Of a stretch of DNA of 64,000 nucleotides, positions 49,306 to 61,421 are shown one piece after another. The notes under the pieces were generated by a model. That model saw nothing but the letters and a program-made list of their open reading frames with translations. It did not search any database and was not told the DNA's origin. The stretch comes from Utricularia gibba. Its lineage: Eukaryota > Plantae > Magnoliophyta. Position numbers and translations under genes: made by a program. The stretch covers positions 1,860,001 through 1,924,000 of the forward strand of contig NEEC01000014.1 of assembly GCA_002189035.1 (NCBI GenBank). The letters are read 5' to 3'. How positions within the stretch are numbered: the first letter of the stretch is position 1; each line of letters starts with the position of its first letter.

Positions 49306-49413
49306 TGCAGAACTAGATTTAAAAGCAAGGAAGAGCAGGTGAACTCTGAACCAAAATAGACCTCCAAGTTATATTTTTTGGATGAGGATGAAAAAGGAGA
49401 CCTTCATGAGAGG

Positions 49414-49909
49414 TATATATAGAGGGCACGACCGTCGCGTCTCAGATGCCACCTCATGTTGGGGACCGTTTAGTTTCTAAATTCTTAAAATATCTTTATG
49501 ATATTATTTTTATTAATACTTTACCTTAATTCTATATTTTGATAATTTATTTTTATTTACATTTTTTATTAACAGCTTACCTTAATTATTCATATTCTTT
49601 GTAATTTACTTTAAGTATTCATTTTTTGACAATTTACTTTTATTTTATATTATTATCAGTAATTTACCATAACTATCCATTTTTTTAACAATTTCACTTT
49701 ATTTACATTTTTATTATTTTAATTACCTTGAGACATCGTGGATGTTAACGAGGTATATTTTTTAAAGTATATAAAAATTTGATGCTATAATTAAATTGAT
49801 GTATTATACTAATTTTATTCATTTGCGGGCGAAATTTGTTCACCAAGCGCTAATCCAACCCGGACACGAGTAACGACGCAAATACACGGTGTAGGGCAAA
49901 CAGGGGACA
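49414..49909 (-). promoter_or_regulatory. GH3 promoter: TATA box and AuxRE-like hexamers
   Basis: TATATATA at 49414-21; TGTCTC (minus strand) at 49730-35; TGTCCC at 49904-09. Short motifs, supported mainly by the GH3 context. Confidence 0.4.
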
Positions 49910-52287
49910 TTGTGGACCCCGTTGGCTAACTGTGGGGCCCTCCATGGAACACGTCATCAGGAACACGGTGGACCGGGGTTTTCCCCACCGGTTCATCAAC
50001 CTTGGAAAAGACGGAAAATAAATTCTCCAAAATCAACCACAATTTCGAATAATTTTGCCCCAGCCATGAAATGAGGAGTCGTGGGCGTATCGAATGCTGT
50101 GACATTAAGGTTGAAATCTTAATGAAGTTGTCTGGTTTGTTGAGGCATCATAAATTGACCCCTGCACTAATTCCCGATGTGGGATGAGGTTCCGTAGGTT
50201 ATTTATACGTAAATACACATGCCACCTTTTATATTTCTTCTTTCTCTTCTTCCAACTTGAACTCTTTTGCAAAATGTATAATTCAAGAGATTTGATAATA
50301 TAAACTGCCGGCGATAGTGAGGCTGGCCGCGCCTTCCGACGGGACCTATAAAAGAAAAGCAGTCAAGCGCCTTGGTGAACCATTAATAAACCATGGGTTA
50401 TATTAATAACAAATCCCAAAAATAAAATTGAAATAATCAAGTATATAAAAAAATTATGTATGATTCATATTTCTTATGTATTTGTATTTCATGTGTATTA
50501 GCTTAATTTATTAGTTCCTGAATTTTAATATGGTACCAGAACATTTACTTTATATCACGGTTTAGATGATCCAAATGAGTTTCGTTTTGATTTAAGTGCA
50601 AAAAAAAAAAGATAAAATCAGATATTAAGTTTGAACGGATAAAAATTAAATTAACCTATAATATGACTACTACCTATAATTAATAAAAACTTGGCAGGTA
50701 ATCTATGCATTACGTGTACGTCTAAGCCATCGGATCCTAAATTTAAATTGGTTAGCGGCTGGCTTCGTGGTGCAGTTGCGTGCAGGAGGGGCTCATGCAT
50801 GACTCTCCGGGAGGTCTTGCTTTTCAAAACTAATCACCAAGTCTTGAAGGGGATCGTCGTCGGAATGGGTAGGAAGCAAGGTGCCGGTAAATGTAGACAT
50901 CTCCAGCTTAAAAGACTGATGGGTTCGATTCAATCGCTTTCGCCGTTTCCGTGTGTAATCAGTATCTGGACTGTGAATGGAAAAACGTAGAGAAGGATTC
51001 GCAGTGAAGCAAACCCAAGTTATGTAAAGGTAGCTTTTCGGAATGCCGACAAGCCAAACACCAAACAAAGAAAACACAGACGTGCAGTCCAGAGATCTTT
51101 CTTAGTGAGATAAAAAATTATAATTTATTTAAATTTAAATATGGATGATTTAGTTATTAATTTTACTTATTGTTTAATCAACAGAATTAAAATTTTATTT
51201 TAAATATAAAATAAAGTTGTATTAAAAAAGGATATAATTTAAAATAAATCCTTTTAAGTGGAATAAAAATAAGTAATTGTTTTAAATTATCCTTCCACAA
51301 ACAAATAATTGTTTAATACACAATTATCGCCATATAAATAGGAAGCATGTTGTGGGCCCGTTGAGGGATGGGCTGAGGTGATATAAATAGGCATTGTGGT
51401 GTACGACTGTTGATAAGCGGGCCTACTTTTTCAATGAAGCCCATTAAGGAAGAGGAGCATGATGAATCAACCAAATTTCTGGAACTATCTAAGGGCTCGG
51501 AAATGGGCTCCGTGCTGTGAACCAGCGGGAGCTTTTTGTGCGGAAGATCCTGTATCGGCACACAGAAGCACGCATACTGCGATTTGTGAGGCGGTTTTGC
51601 ATTTTCTGTGTGGTCGGAAGAGATTTGGGTGAGTAGATCTCCTCAGCCATTAGCCTACTATATCTTCCTTTCTTTCCGGGATTGTCACCGTGGATTCGTA
51701 TTCTGCCTGCTCTATTTTTTTTTTAATTTTTTTTGGGTGTTGGCTTTTTGTGGTTGATACATGTGGAAGTTGGAAATTCGATCTTCTTTTCGTGTAAGTT
51801 AGCTACTGTAGGATTCTTGTGTGTGGGTAGTACAAGCTTTCTTTCGTATTCTTTGTTTCCTGCAACCATTCATATGTTTTTTTGTCCCCCGGTGGCTCGG
51901 TTTTGAAAAATCGGACGTAAACCTTTGTTGATTAGAATCTCGGAATAGGAACCTTTTCGTGCAGAGTCTAACGGTTTCTTCATTTTTCCCTTTCGGTTTG
52001 GCTTGCAGATGATGAGGGTAAATTGAGTGCATTGAACGCAATTGTTTGTTTCTTGGGTTTTGTTGGAAGGATCCTCTATTGGAGCTGGTGGGTGTTGCTG
52101 AGGCGTCGTTTTGTGCTCCTTCCTCTAATGTTGTGCGGTGAGTGTTTGAGAGTCGGTTTGCTTTTTAGGCAGGCATAGTTGGTTGATTATAAAGTTTAGC
52201 TCCTTGAAAAGATTGGTGCACTTGGTTTTGAAAGGGTCTTGCTAGGGATGTTTGCGTGCTAGCATGATATGGTGTCTGGCACCTGCA

Positions 52288-55200
52288 ATGTCTGAACTGC
52301 CGAGATCTATCGAAAATCCACATCAATACCCTGAAATGAAGCAAGAAGACAACCACGACGTGGTAATAAAAAACATGCAGCCAAGTGATACAGGAATAAA
52401 ACAAAGTGTGAACATAGAAAAGACGACACAGAAGCTGGATGGTCTTAATGGATTCTCAGTCTTTGGAGCACAGGATGTGGCTCTGCAGTATGATTCATCG
52501 ATGCTTACATGCACACCAACTCTAGGAATTTCTGTTATTCCTAGTGATGGAATAGCTCCCGAAACGAGTGTTTCTTATGAGTTCACTGAATTGGGAAATG
52601 AACACAAGGGATCTTCTGATAAAAGGAGAAAAGATAAGTCTAAACTAACGGGTCCAGTGCTTAGTTCGTGGTCTCTGCGATCAAAAAGTCAAGAGAAACC
52701 CAAGTCTCCTGAGCCTGGTGAATCTGCAAAAGAATTTGATGTTAACAGGGAGGAAAGAAGAGGAAGAAAAAGGAAGCTGTCAACAAAAAATAATGTCAAT
52801 GAATTCTCGAGGACAAAAACCCACTTGAGGTATTTATTGCATCGAATAAAATATGAGCAGAGTCTTATTGATGCTTACTCTGCTGAAGGGTGGAAAGGGC
52901 AAAGGTGGGTGTTTCTATGCTTTTTCTTGTTAAATACATTGCTGATTTGTATTTTAAGAGAGAATTTGAGGATTTCTGTATTGATATTCGCCTAGCGCTC
53001 CTTTTGTTTTCAATATAATGAAGGTTTGACAGTTTTTATGGTATAAGTTTTTTAAAAAAAGCCGTTCACCACCTTAGTGAAATAGTGGAATGGTTATCTT
53101 TGCTGTTGAACCTCTGATTTGCTTTATTTTTTCACTGGCTTTTCCTCTACACGTTGCAGCTTGGAGAAGCTTAAGCCTGAGAAAGAGCTCCAGCGTGCAA
53201 AATCTCATATTTTACGTTACAAGCTGAAAATTCGGGCGTTGTTTGAGCATCTCGATCAGTCTCTTGCAAATGGAAGGCTTCCAGAATCTCTGTTTGATTC
53301 TACAGGAGAGATTGATAGTGAAGATGTATACCTTTTTACTTGGTGCATTCATGTACATTTATAGATGATAGCATGCTGGATTCACTATGTCTTACAATAA
53401 TTTTTCTGCAATTTACCAATGATGCTGAGCATCATTTCCCACATTACAGATTTTTTGTGCTAAGTGTGGTTCGAAGGATTTGACGCTTGACAATGATATC
53501 ATTCTTTGTGATGGTGCCTGCGTGCGCGGATTTCATCAGTACTGCTTGGAGCCACCTTTGCTAAAAGAACACAGTAAATGCCGTTCATCCTCACCCTATT
53601 GTTTTGAAATCTTCTTCATTTCTAATTGGTATTTTTGTGCTCTCCGTGTTGTTTTAAACAGTCCCTCCTGGTGACGAAGGATGGATTTGTCCAGGGTGTG
53701 ATTGTAAACAAGACTGTATTGACATGCTGAAGGATTTTCACAGTACAGAAGTTTCGCTAACTGATAGTTGGGAGGTACCCATCCTTGTGTATTATCGACT
53801 ATCACATGCATTTCTTTCCTAGTCAAAACTATTCATTATTAATTTGCTGATCCTGTTCTCTTTTTTGCAGAATATTTTTCCCGAGGTTGCCGAAGCTGCA
53901 TCTGGGAATAATTTGGACACTGTGTTTGCATCTTTTGATGATTCTGAAGATGATGATTATGAACCTGACAAGCCGGAAATTTCTCAGAAGGATAGTGATG
54001 GTCAAACGACTTCCAGTGAGTCTGGCTATTTTTCAGCACCTGACGGGCTAGCACCATGTGAAAATGAAACACAACAACTAGGTGGTCTTCCTTCAGAAGA
54101 CTCTGAAGATGGCGATTTTGACCCCTCTGTAATGCATCAGGAGGAGCCTGCCATGTCGGAGAGTTCAGATTTTACATCTGATTCAGAGGACCTTGGTGCT
54201 CTTCTTGAAGATGAAATGGATAATCAAAATTTGCCTCTCGATAATGTTCAACCATCTGTAGATTCCAAAGAAAATGATTATGCAGTTGATGGGATGAAGA
54301 GGCAATCCCTAGCACAAGAACTGTCTTTCCATAGTGAGAGCGCTGTGGAGTGCGTATCTGGAAAAAGACATGTAGAGCGGTTGGATTACAAAAAATTGCA
54401 CGACGTGAGTGCAGCTTTTCAACTTTATCTTTCTTTGATTTTCTTGAAGCTTTGCCTTTTTCGCCTTATAGTTCTCTTTGGATTATGTTCTCTGCCAAAG
54501 GAAGCATTTGGAAATTATTCTTCTGACTCAAGTGATGAGGATTTTGAAGAGGCGTCCGCAGCCAAGAAGAAGATAAGCTACCATGAAAAAACTCAAGTGA
54601 AGTCTTCAAGCCAGACTTCGTTTAGGACTGTGAGCGCAGGTAGTGTGGATGAGAATGTAAGAAGCAGTAATGTACCTAAAAGGACTCGGCGGCCAACTCC
54701 TGATGCTGACAGTGGAGAGCAGTTGAGTCACTCTGGTTCGGATAATAAAGGTTCCAGAAGATCATCAACCTATAAACGCCTAGGGGAAGCTGTAACACAG
54801 GTACTTATATGCTCATTCCATTGCGTTTCAGGTGATGGGTGTAGGCATTGATAGCATCGGGTAGATATCCATCCTTTTGGATTGATTACCGTGACCCTAA
54901 ATGATGCTGATTCTGTTGTTTCAGAAACTGTACTCGTCCTTTCTGGAGAACAAGTACCCGGACAAGTTTTCCAAGGAAAAACTGGCCAATGAATTGGGGA
55001 TCAGTGTCCGTCAGGTATGAGCCAACATCCCTTGTCTATATTTCGTAGTTAGTAGTATATCGCGATCGACATGACTGGTATTCGTTGTCAGGTTTCGAAA
55101 TGGTTCGAAAATGCTCGTTGGAGCTTTAACCATAGACCAAAACCAGAGTCATCTGTAACTCACAACCCGCCGGAAAATCCTTCAACTCCAGATGCACTTG

Positions 55201-55346
55201 GCAACCATTCTAGTCACATCGTGGGGCTGCAAGAATCCCCTGGGGTGGTTAACTATGCTCCTGGAGCTGAAAGTTCAGCAAGAGAAACAACCGGGAACGC
55301 ATTGAAGCCATCACAAAGGAGCGGCGGGGTGGACAGAGTGGGCTGA
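52288..55346 (+). CDS. HAT3.1: PHD-finger homeodomain protein, HAT3.1/PRH-like
   Basis: [38 protein letters not shown]; [37 protein letters not shown]; [13 protein letters not shown]; homeodomain [25 protein letters not shown]. About 8 coding exons. The start codon (52264 vs 52288) and C-terminus are uncertain. Confidence 0.85.
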
Positions 55347-56075
55347 AGGTGGCCAACTCTGCCTCCACCCCCGCCGGCCTACGGCTTCTCAGATGAGCGG
55401 CAGCTGCAGACTCCTGACTTGAGGATGGTGCTTGCATACGGACATCCCGACGCAGTGACTCTCAAAAAGCTGTGCATTGATATGCTTTGTATTGAATCCT
55501 GGAAACGGTCCGGAGGCCATGCCTGTGATCGTCTTCGGTTCTCTGACAAGGGGGCGGGTGTTGGATGAATTCTCCGGCGCCGCCCATTGCATGTGTGTTT
55601 GTATGCGAATGCTCTCTAGACTCATCCCGACGACGGTGCCATTTCCCTTCCTGTTTTTCTTCGACTCCTTTGCGAATCGAATCAAATACCAAACAAGGGA
55701 ATATTGAAGTCGATATTCAATTTGTGAAATCACAGATTAAAAATAATCGAAATAAGTATTTATTTAATATCTTAAAATAATATTTTGTCATTTCAACGGC
55801 ATCATACCATGGATTAAGTATCGAATATTATTGTCATTAAATAGGCTCGAGTAATTTGGGCTTTTTGATCCAGTTTACATAAAATATTTTGGTTTGCACA
55901 CCTACCGGGCCGGGTCCGGCCCCGCCAGCCCAAGTCCGCATAGGCAAGAGAGAGAATAATTAGTTGTCATTTGTCCTCCAGGCTCCGGCGTTCGCGCGTC
56001 GCAGAACCCTAGTCGGAAGTCAAGGCGGACAGGAGCCAAAATTCGCCCTAAATCGTCGTAGCGGGTCATTCGCAG

Positions 56076-56393
56076 ATGGGCGAGAGGCCGGTTCCGAGAA
56101 GGGAGAGTCCATGGGGGGTGTCTGATGGCCCTCACAAGGAACCAAAAGCGCACAGATGTAATGATCGTGTGGAAGATGTGATCTACGCGTTGTTTGAAGG
56201 CAACCCTTTCAAAACAGTTCCAGGGCCTTTTAAGCTTTTCTGGAAATGCATGCGCTCGAAACCTGGAGAGGAGCCTACTGAACCTTTCTTCTACTTGGAC
56301 CTGGATCCTCCAAAAGATCAACAGTGGAGGAAAAACCATAGATTTCTGGTATTGTTTAATGGGTGGTTCAGGGAATTCCACAGTTCATTTTGA
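56076..56393 (+). CDS. Small conserved plant protein of unknown function; true stop possibly at 56341
   Basis: PRRESPWG..HKEPKAHRCNDRVEDVI..FEGNPFKTVPGPFKLFWKCMRSKPGEEPTEPF matches a small plant family I recall. Upstream TGGGC/GCCCA elements and AACCCTA at about 55860-56010. Confidence 0.75.
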   Translation: MGERPVPRRESPWGVSDGPHKEPKAHRCNDRVEDVIYALFEGNPFKTVPGPFKLFWKCMRSKPGEEPTEPFFYLDLDPPKDQQWRKNHRFLVLFNGWFREFHSSF

Positions 56394-56835
56394 ATGTCGT
56401 CGTGATGAATAAATGTGGGATCTTTGCCTGATCTTCTCCCAAGTTTATTCACTCCTGCCGCATTCTCGAGAGTGACCATTTCTGCTGTTTGATTCCTTCG
56501 CATATAAAAAAGGATGGTGTTTTGCGTAGTGACATTCTATTTACACGTCGCTAATGTTTCTTTGAAGAACGTGAGCGATGAATCCAGTATCTGGAAGGAA
56601 CTGAGCTTCATTTGCAGCCATTTGCTTATTCATGGAGTAAATCTTATGACTTCTTTACATAATGAGAACATATGCTGGCACGAAGCATATCTTGTTTTCA
56701 TACTCAGAAACTTGGTAAACATTCCTGCAATCTTCCAGTAAATGCTAGCACTTGCCCGTACCCTTCAAACTATGTAAAAAGCCTCAATAGCCATGTAACG
56801 CAACCACAATTGTCTTACCTGGAGCATAGCGATTA

Positions 56836-57315
56836 CTACAGTTTGAGATTTAAATCAAGCGTACTTAACTTCAGTGGTTTCTGCTCTGCTTCTTCTCGCG
56901 TATTGAATCTGAAACTTCCTGGCCATGTGTTGTTTGTTGAGTCATCTGGTTTTCCGGACTCGCATGGTATGCCAGCTCTGGCATTGGAAATAGTGAACCC
57001 TGTTTCCCTTCTGACTGGTTTATGCACCAGGGAATGAGGTTGAACCCCTAGTGATCTCATCATGGTTGTATGCATTGGCAGCGATGTCATTGGCATCATA
57101 TTGTGGTGTTGCCTTGCTGCTTTCCGTTCCTTTTTGTGGGCGTTTTGATGTCCGCCAAGAGCCTGTGAGCTGCAGAACTTCTGAAAGCAGAAGTTGCATG
57201 TAAAATTTTTCACCCTTGATGGTTGTTTCTCCACTTCAGATGGTTCCTTTCTCAGGCTCAGAGACAACCACTCCCTAGAGTTTTGTGGCCATGTTCTTTG
57301 GTCTTCACTGGCCAT
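56836..57315 (-). CDS. Single-finger C2H2 zinc finger protein (ZFP-type) with C-terminal EAR motif
   Basis: WLSLSL; FTCNFCFQKFCSSQALGGHQNAHKKER; RSLGVQPHS; WPGSF; LDLNLKL*. Likely start MASEDQ at 57315 within ORF 56836-57537. Confidence 0.9.
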   Translation of the reverse strand: MASEDQRTWPQNSREWLSLSLRKEPSEVEKQPSRVKNFTCNFCFQKFCSSQALGGHQNAHKKERKAARQHHNMMPMTSLPMHTTMMRSLGVQPHSLVHKPVRRETGFTISNARAGIPCESGKPDDSTNNTWPGSFRFNTREEAEQKPLKLSTLDLNLKL

Positions 57316-59865
57316 AGTTTTCGTCAGTCTCCCACCAAGTTTTGCTCGCTCTCTCTTGTCTGGTTTTGTCCTTGCGTGAAAGGCTTCAGATTCCTGAAAG
57401 ACGTTCCAAAAAGCAGGAAGGCACAAAGTATTCAGAAGATGAAGCATGATAAATACGACTTCCTTTGATCCCCTCCTCACTGTCCCCAGCGTGTGATGGT
57501 AACCACATAACTCGTTTTTCCCCCACAGATTCTCCACTACCTTTTTATTCCATTGTTTATTGTGAGATCAGATAAACCTTTTTAGTTTTCACAAAATTAG
57601 CTCAAATTCCACTCACAGCCATTAACTTTTTCCCATGAGTAGGGGCTACGCTTATGGGTATACTATGAGTGTTGCAAGAACTTACCGGCAGTGTTTGGAG
57701 TCTCAAGCCACTTCTCTTGAACAGTTTTCAGTTACTGTTCCTCATTGCTTCGTATGACGTAAGATCTCTGAAAGCTTCCAAGGAGCCTTGGTATGATTAG
57801 ACCTGCAGGAACACTTTTCCTTTTTTTCTTCTTTAAGAAAGAGAAGGTGAGTCAACACAAGCTTTTATCAAGACTCAGTTGTTGCAGATAGTGGTTGCAG
57901 AATCATCACACTAAGGTTTGCTTGGACACAATAGAGGATGCCTCGGTTACGGTTCCCAGTACATGTCACATTTATAGATAGCTAAGCCCCACGGCATATT
58001 GTTCAAAGTTTGGCAGCGTATAAAGATCCAACCTTTTATAGATATTGTCTGCTTTCCCTGGCTGAACACTCGTGTAGTGTCGTCGAGGCTTTGTGATGAA
58101 GACCTGAAATGAGAAACAGGGATCATAAGATGAAAAAAAGAAGACTGTTTTTCGTCTGTTATAAATTCATCTACCAAGTTTTATGGGTGTTAGCTTGATC
58201 CATGTTTTGACGTACCTTACATGGAACAAGAAAGAGTAGCAAATACTTTTCTTGCCTCCAGCTCTTTATTGTCATCTAATCTTCCTTCACCACGACTGCT
58301 ACTTTATTCCCTTCGAACAACGACCCTCATTGGTGTCCTGAACCTTTTGCTTTGTAGCCTACCAAAGAACACAGCCTACCTGAATATCATACCATGAAAC
58401 AGTAATTCCAAAGGTTCTGTAGGCAGTTGTGTTTGTTCAAGTCTAATGATGCATATCATCAGTTGTTGTAATGGTGATGGGAATCGGGATCAGATAAGGT
58501 GATGTTGAAGTTTGACGATCATATTACAACCAGAAAAGATGCACACCTTTGGAAGAATCGCAGTTTCCCTTTCTTTTTGACCAATCCTTGTGTTTCCATG
58601 GAGCACACTTGCTTGGTAGCCACTCATCGCTTCTTGGAAAAAAAAGTAAAAACAAGACGATCATCAACAGCAGAAGATAAGCAACAACATACTTTCCCAC
58701 TCGCATGTGAAGAAACTTTTAGAATTTCTTATCCATCTAAAAGCTCACACTTTTCTTTCACTATCCACCCTTAGTTCCAAGCACCCACGCATTTTAGTTC
58801 CAGCATCTTCCTTTGTCGTGTTACCAAAAAATCTCCCATACCTATCGCATAGAGTTACCAGATGAGAAGATGGTCTCAGTGGCATCCATTAGCTTGGGCT
58901 TTACTTTGGAATGACATGTTCAATTGCATCACAAGTGGGGCTCAAAGCTCACACAAGTGCATTGTGCTTTCAGACCTTTTACTTTCAAGAGACGTGTTCA
59001 AATTACTTAAGACATGTTTTGCTTCTGTCTTTTGAGTTTCTTTTTTTCTTTCTTTCTTTCTCGTGTAGTCTTTTTCTCGCATGCTGATACACCAACCTCA
59101 TTTTTATTCTCATTTCGAAACAATGGAGAAGATCACTAGCATTTAACAGAATCTAGGCCACGAAAAGCACAGCACAGCACTTACATGTTCCATAACCAGA
59201 TGAAAGGAAGATGGAAGGATTGTGCCACTGCTCACCCATTTCAAGAATGCTGATCAGGAGCCCGATGTGTTAACCAAAAAATACGCTGAAGCCAATCAGA
59301 TGACTGTAATGACACTGGTGACAAAACCGTGAATCTTGTCAGGAAAATGTGTGCTCAATGAGTTGACAGCCACTTGTAGAAAAACTAACACGAGTTGATT
59401 GATCCACTTGCTTGTCATAGCGGGGAGTGAATAAGGACAATCTAAGAGCCAACACAGCATCAAAGTGGAACAAATGAGGCGTAAAGCAATTGGCTATCCA
59501 CAAACGCACGGAAACCTGCGTAACAGGAAAATTCTCACATAACTTGCACGAGCGTGAAAACAACCTGACACTAATGAGGACCAAAAGCGAAGCCGATGGA
59601 TAAACAATCAACAAAAAACTTTGTCTCTGCAGGGAATCGAGAGACCTCAGTTTCTTTAACACATCCCCCTTCGTAAAGTATACATGATGATAGCCCACAA
59701 CGCATTTCTCCCGATTTCAACCAAAACATGAGAAGATGCGTACTGGGGATTGGGATTCCGCTAAGGATATCGTAAAGAACATCTAATGTCAGGGCCATTG
59801 CAGAATACTTGCACATTCATGTTGTTAAGATAAGCAGTAACTTGGGCTGCATCCATATGACTCAC

Positions 59866-60406
59866 GGATGTATTAAAATACACAATACTATACGGTAAAA
59901 TGAAATTAAATAATCAAGTTTATAATAAATGCTATATCACTATTAATCGGTTTGATCTAATATTTCATAATATGATTTATGTTTATTATATATTTGAATT
60001 TCACGTGTATTCGTCCGATCCATCAGATCCTAAATTTCAATATGGTATCAAAACGTTTACCTCACATCATGACTTAAGTAGTTAAGATAAGTTTAGTATT
60101 GGTCTTTAAGTCTGGTTAACAAAAAAGTCAAGGAAATATATTGACTTTATGTGACAAAAAATTAAATCGACCTATAACTCAATCATTACCTACAATCACA
60201 TACACATTATACAAATGTAAGTCTTAATCAAATCAAACATCAATTCGATTTGAAGATATGTGTTGAAATATACAATATCATATCGAAAAAATAAAATGAA
60301 ATAATTAATTATATAAAAAATTATATATCATTAATAATCAATTGAATTTATTTTTTTTTAATGTAATCTACATTTATTGTGTATTTGAAATAATGTATAT
60401 TCATCC
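59866..60406. mobile_element. Possible degenerate MITE-like AT-rich element
   Basis: Imperfect inverted ends (ggatg..aaatacacaat versus attgtgtattt..catcc) around AT-rich sequence. No clear TSD. Confidence 0.3.
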
Positions 60407-61421
60407 TATATATCATATACTAAATTCCAATAGTCTGGACTATTTCAATATGGGTCGGGTCGTACATAAAAAAAAAAAAGTCTTCCGACTCGTGGTCTAC
60501 CCATCATGCTTGCTATTAATCTGTCTTCGTTGATACGACAATGGAGAAGAAGAGAAGCAAAGAAACCGCAGAACGGAAGCCCCCTCATAAACAAGTTCAT
60601 TCGATGAAAGATATTGATGATGATGAAGGAAAATATGGGAGAGCACGTCTCTTACCTTATAAAGCAGCACCAAGGACGCCATGAATGAACAACGATCACC
60701 TCTAAACTCTTTCAGTTGTGCTGCTGCTTTGTAATCCCTTTGTGTCCCCGTCATTTTCTTGCTCTCTCTAATCTGTCCATCCAGACAAAACAGAAGGCAA
60801 ACATTATCTAAATTGCTGTGCTCTTTCCGACTGTGAATCGAGTTATCCTAAAATTTTACGGATCTCAAACGGAAGAAACATATCCGCCGAACATCACATC
60901 ACCAGGACGATTTGAAAGGATCCAACCCCAATCCGATTCAACAGAGAAGAAGCATGGGCGAGCGCGAAAGACAAATTTGGGCCTCTTCCCTGGGCCCCCA
61001 ATGACGAACCACAGGTCCTTCTTGGTGAGAAATTCAGGCCCAGCCCATACCTTAATCAACATTATCCTCTTTTGCCTTCTGGGTCCAATTATAGGAACCA
61101 TATTTTAAAATAATTTGAAATGCAAAATATCTCTTATGTTACCTCTGTGTGTGGGTGGCGGGTCGGGTCGGGTCGGGTAATATGGGGCCCCGAGATAATG
61201 TACGGAAGTTGAAATGATTTATCCGAAATGCGACCGAAGGCCTCTTTTGGTTCAAGTTTTTCAAAGCAATAATGAGGGGGGGGACCCACGTGAAGGATCG
61301 AAGGAAACCGACAGGAATTTAATTTTTTGAAAATAAATAATCCACAAAATAAGCAACACGGTCATGACGACACGGGAAATCCAGTTCAGGGTTTACACAA
61401 CAAAAGCAAGATAAGAAAATC

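Noticed and set aside
49985-50005. GGTTGATGAACC on the minus strand resembling part of plant U3 snoRNA
   Set aside because: The U3 5' domain and remaining boxes are absent; kept only within the low-scored USE finding.
50900-50945. GGTTCGATTC T-loop-like motif suggesting a tRNA
   Set aside because: No acceptor, D or anticodon stems could be folded around it.
56836-57537. 233-aa version of the ZFP ORF
   Set aside because: The extra 74 N-terminal residues are not family-like; the ATG at 57315 is more plausible.
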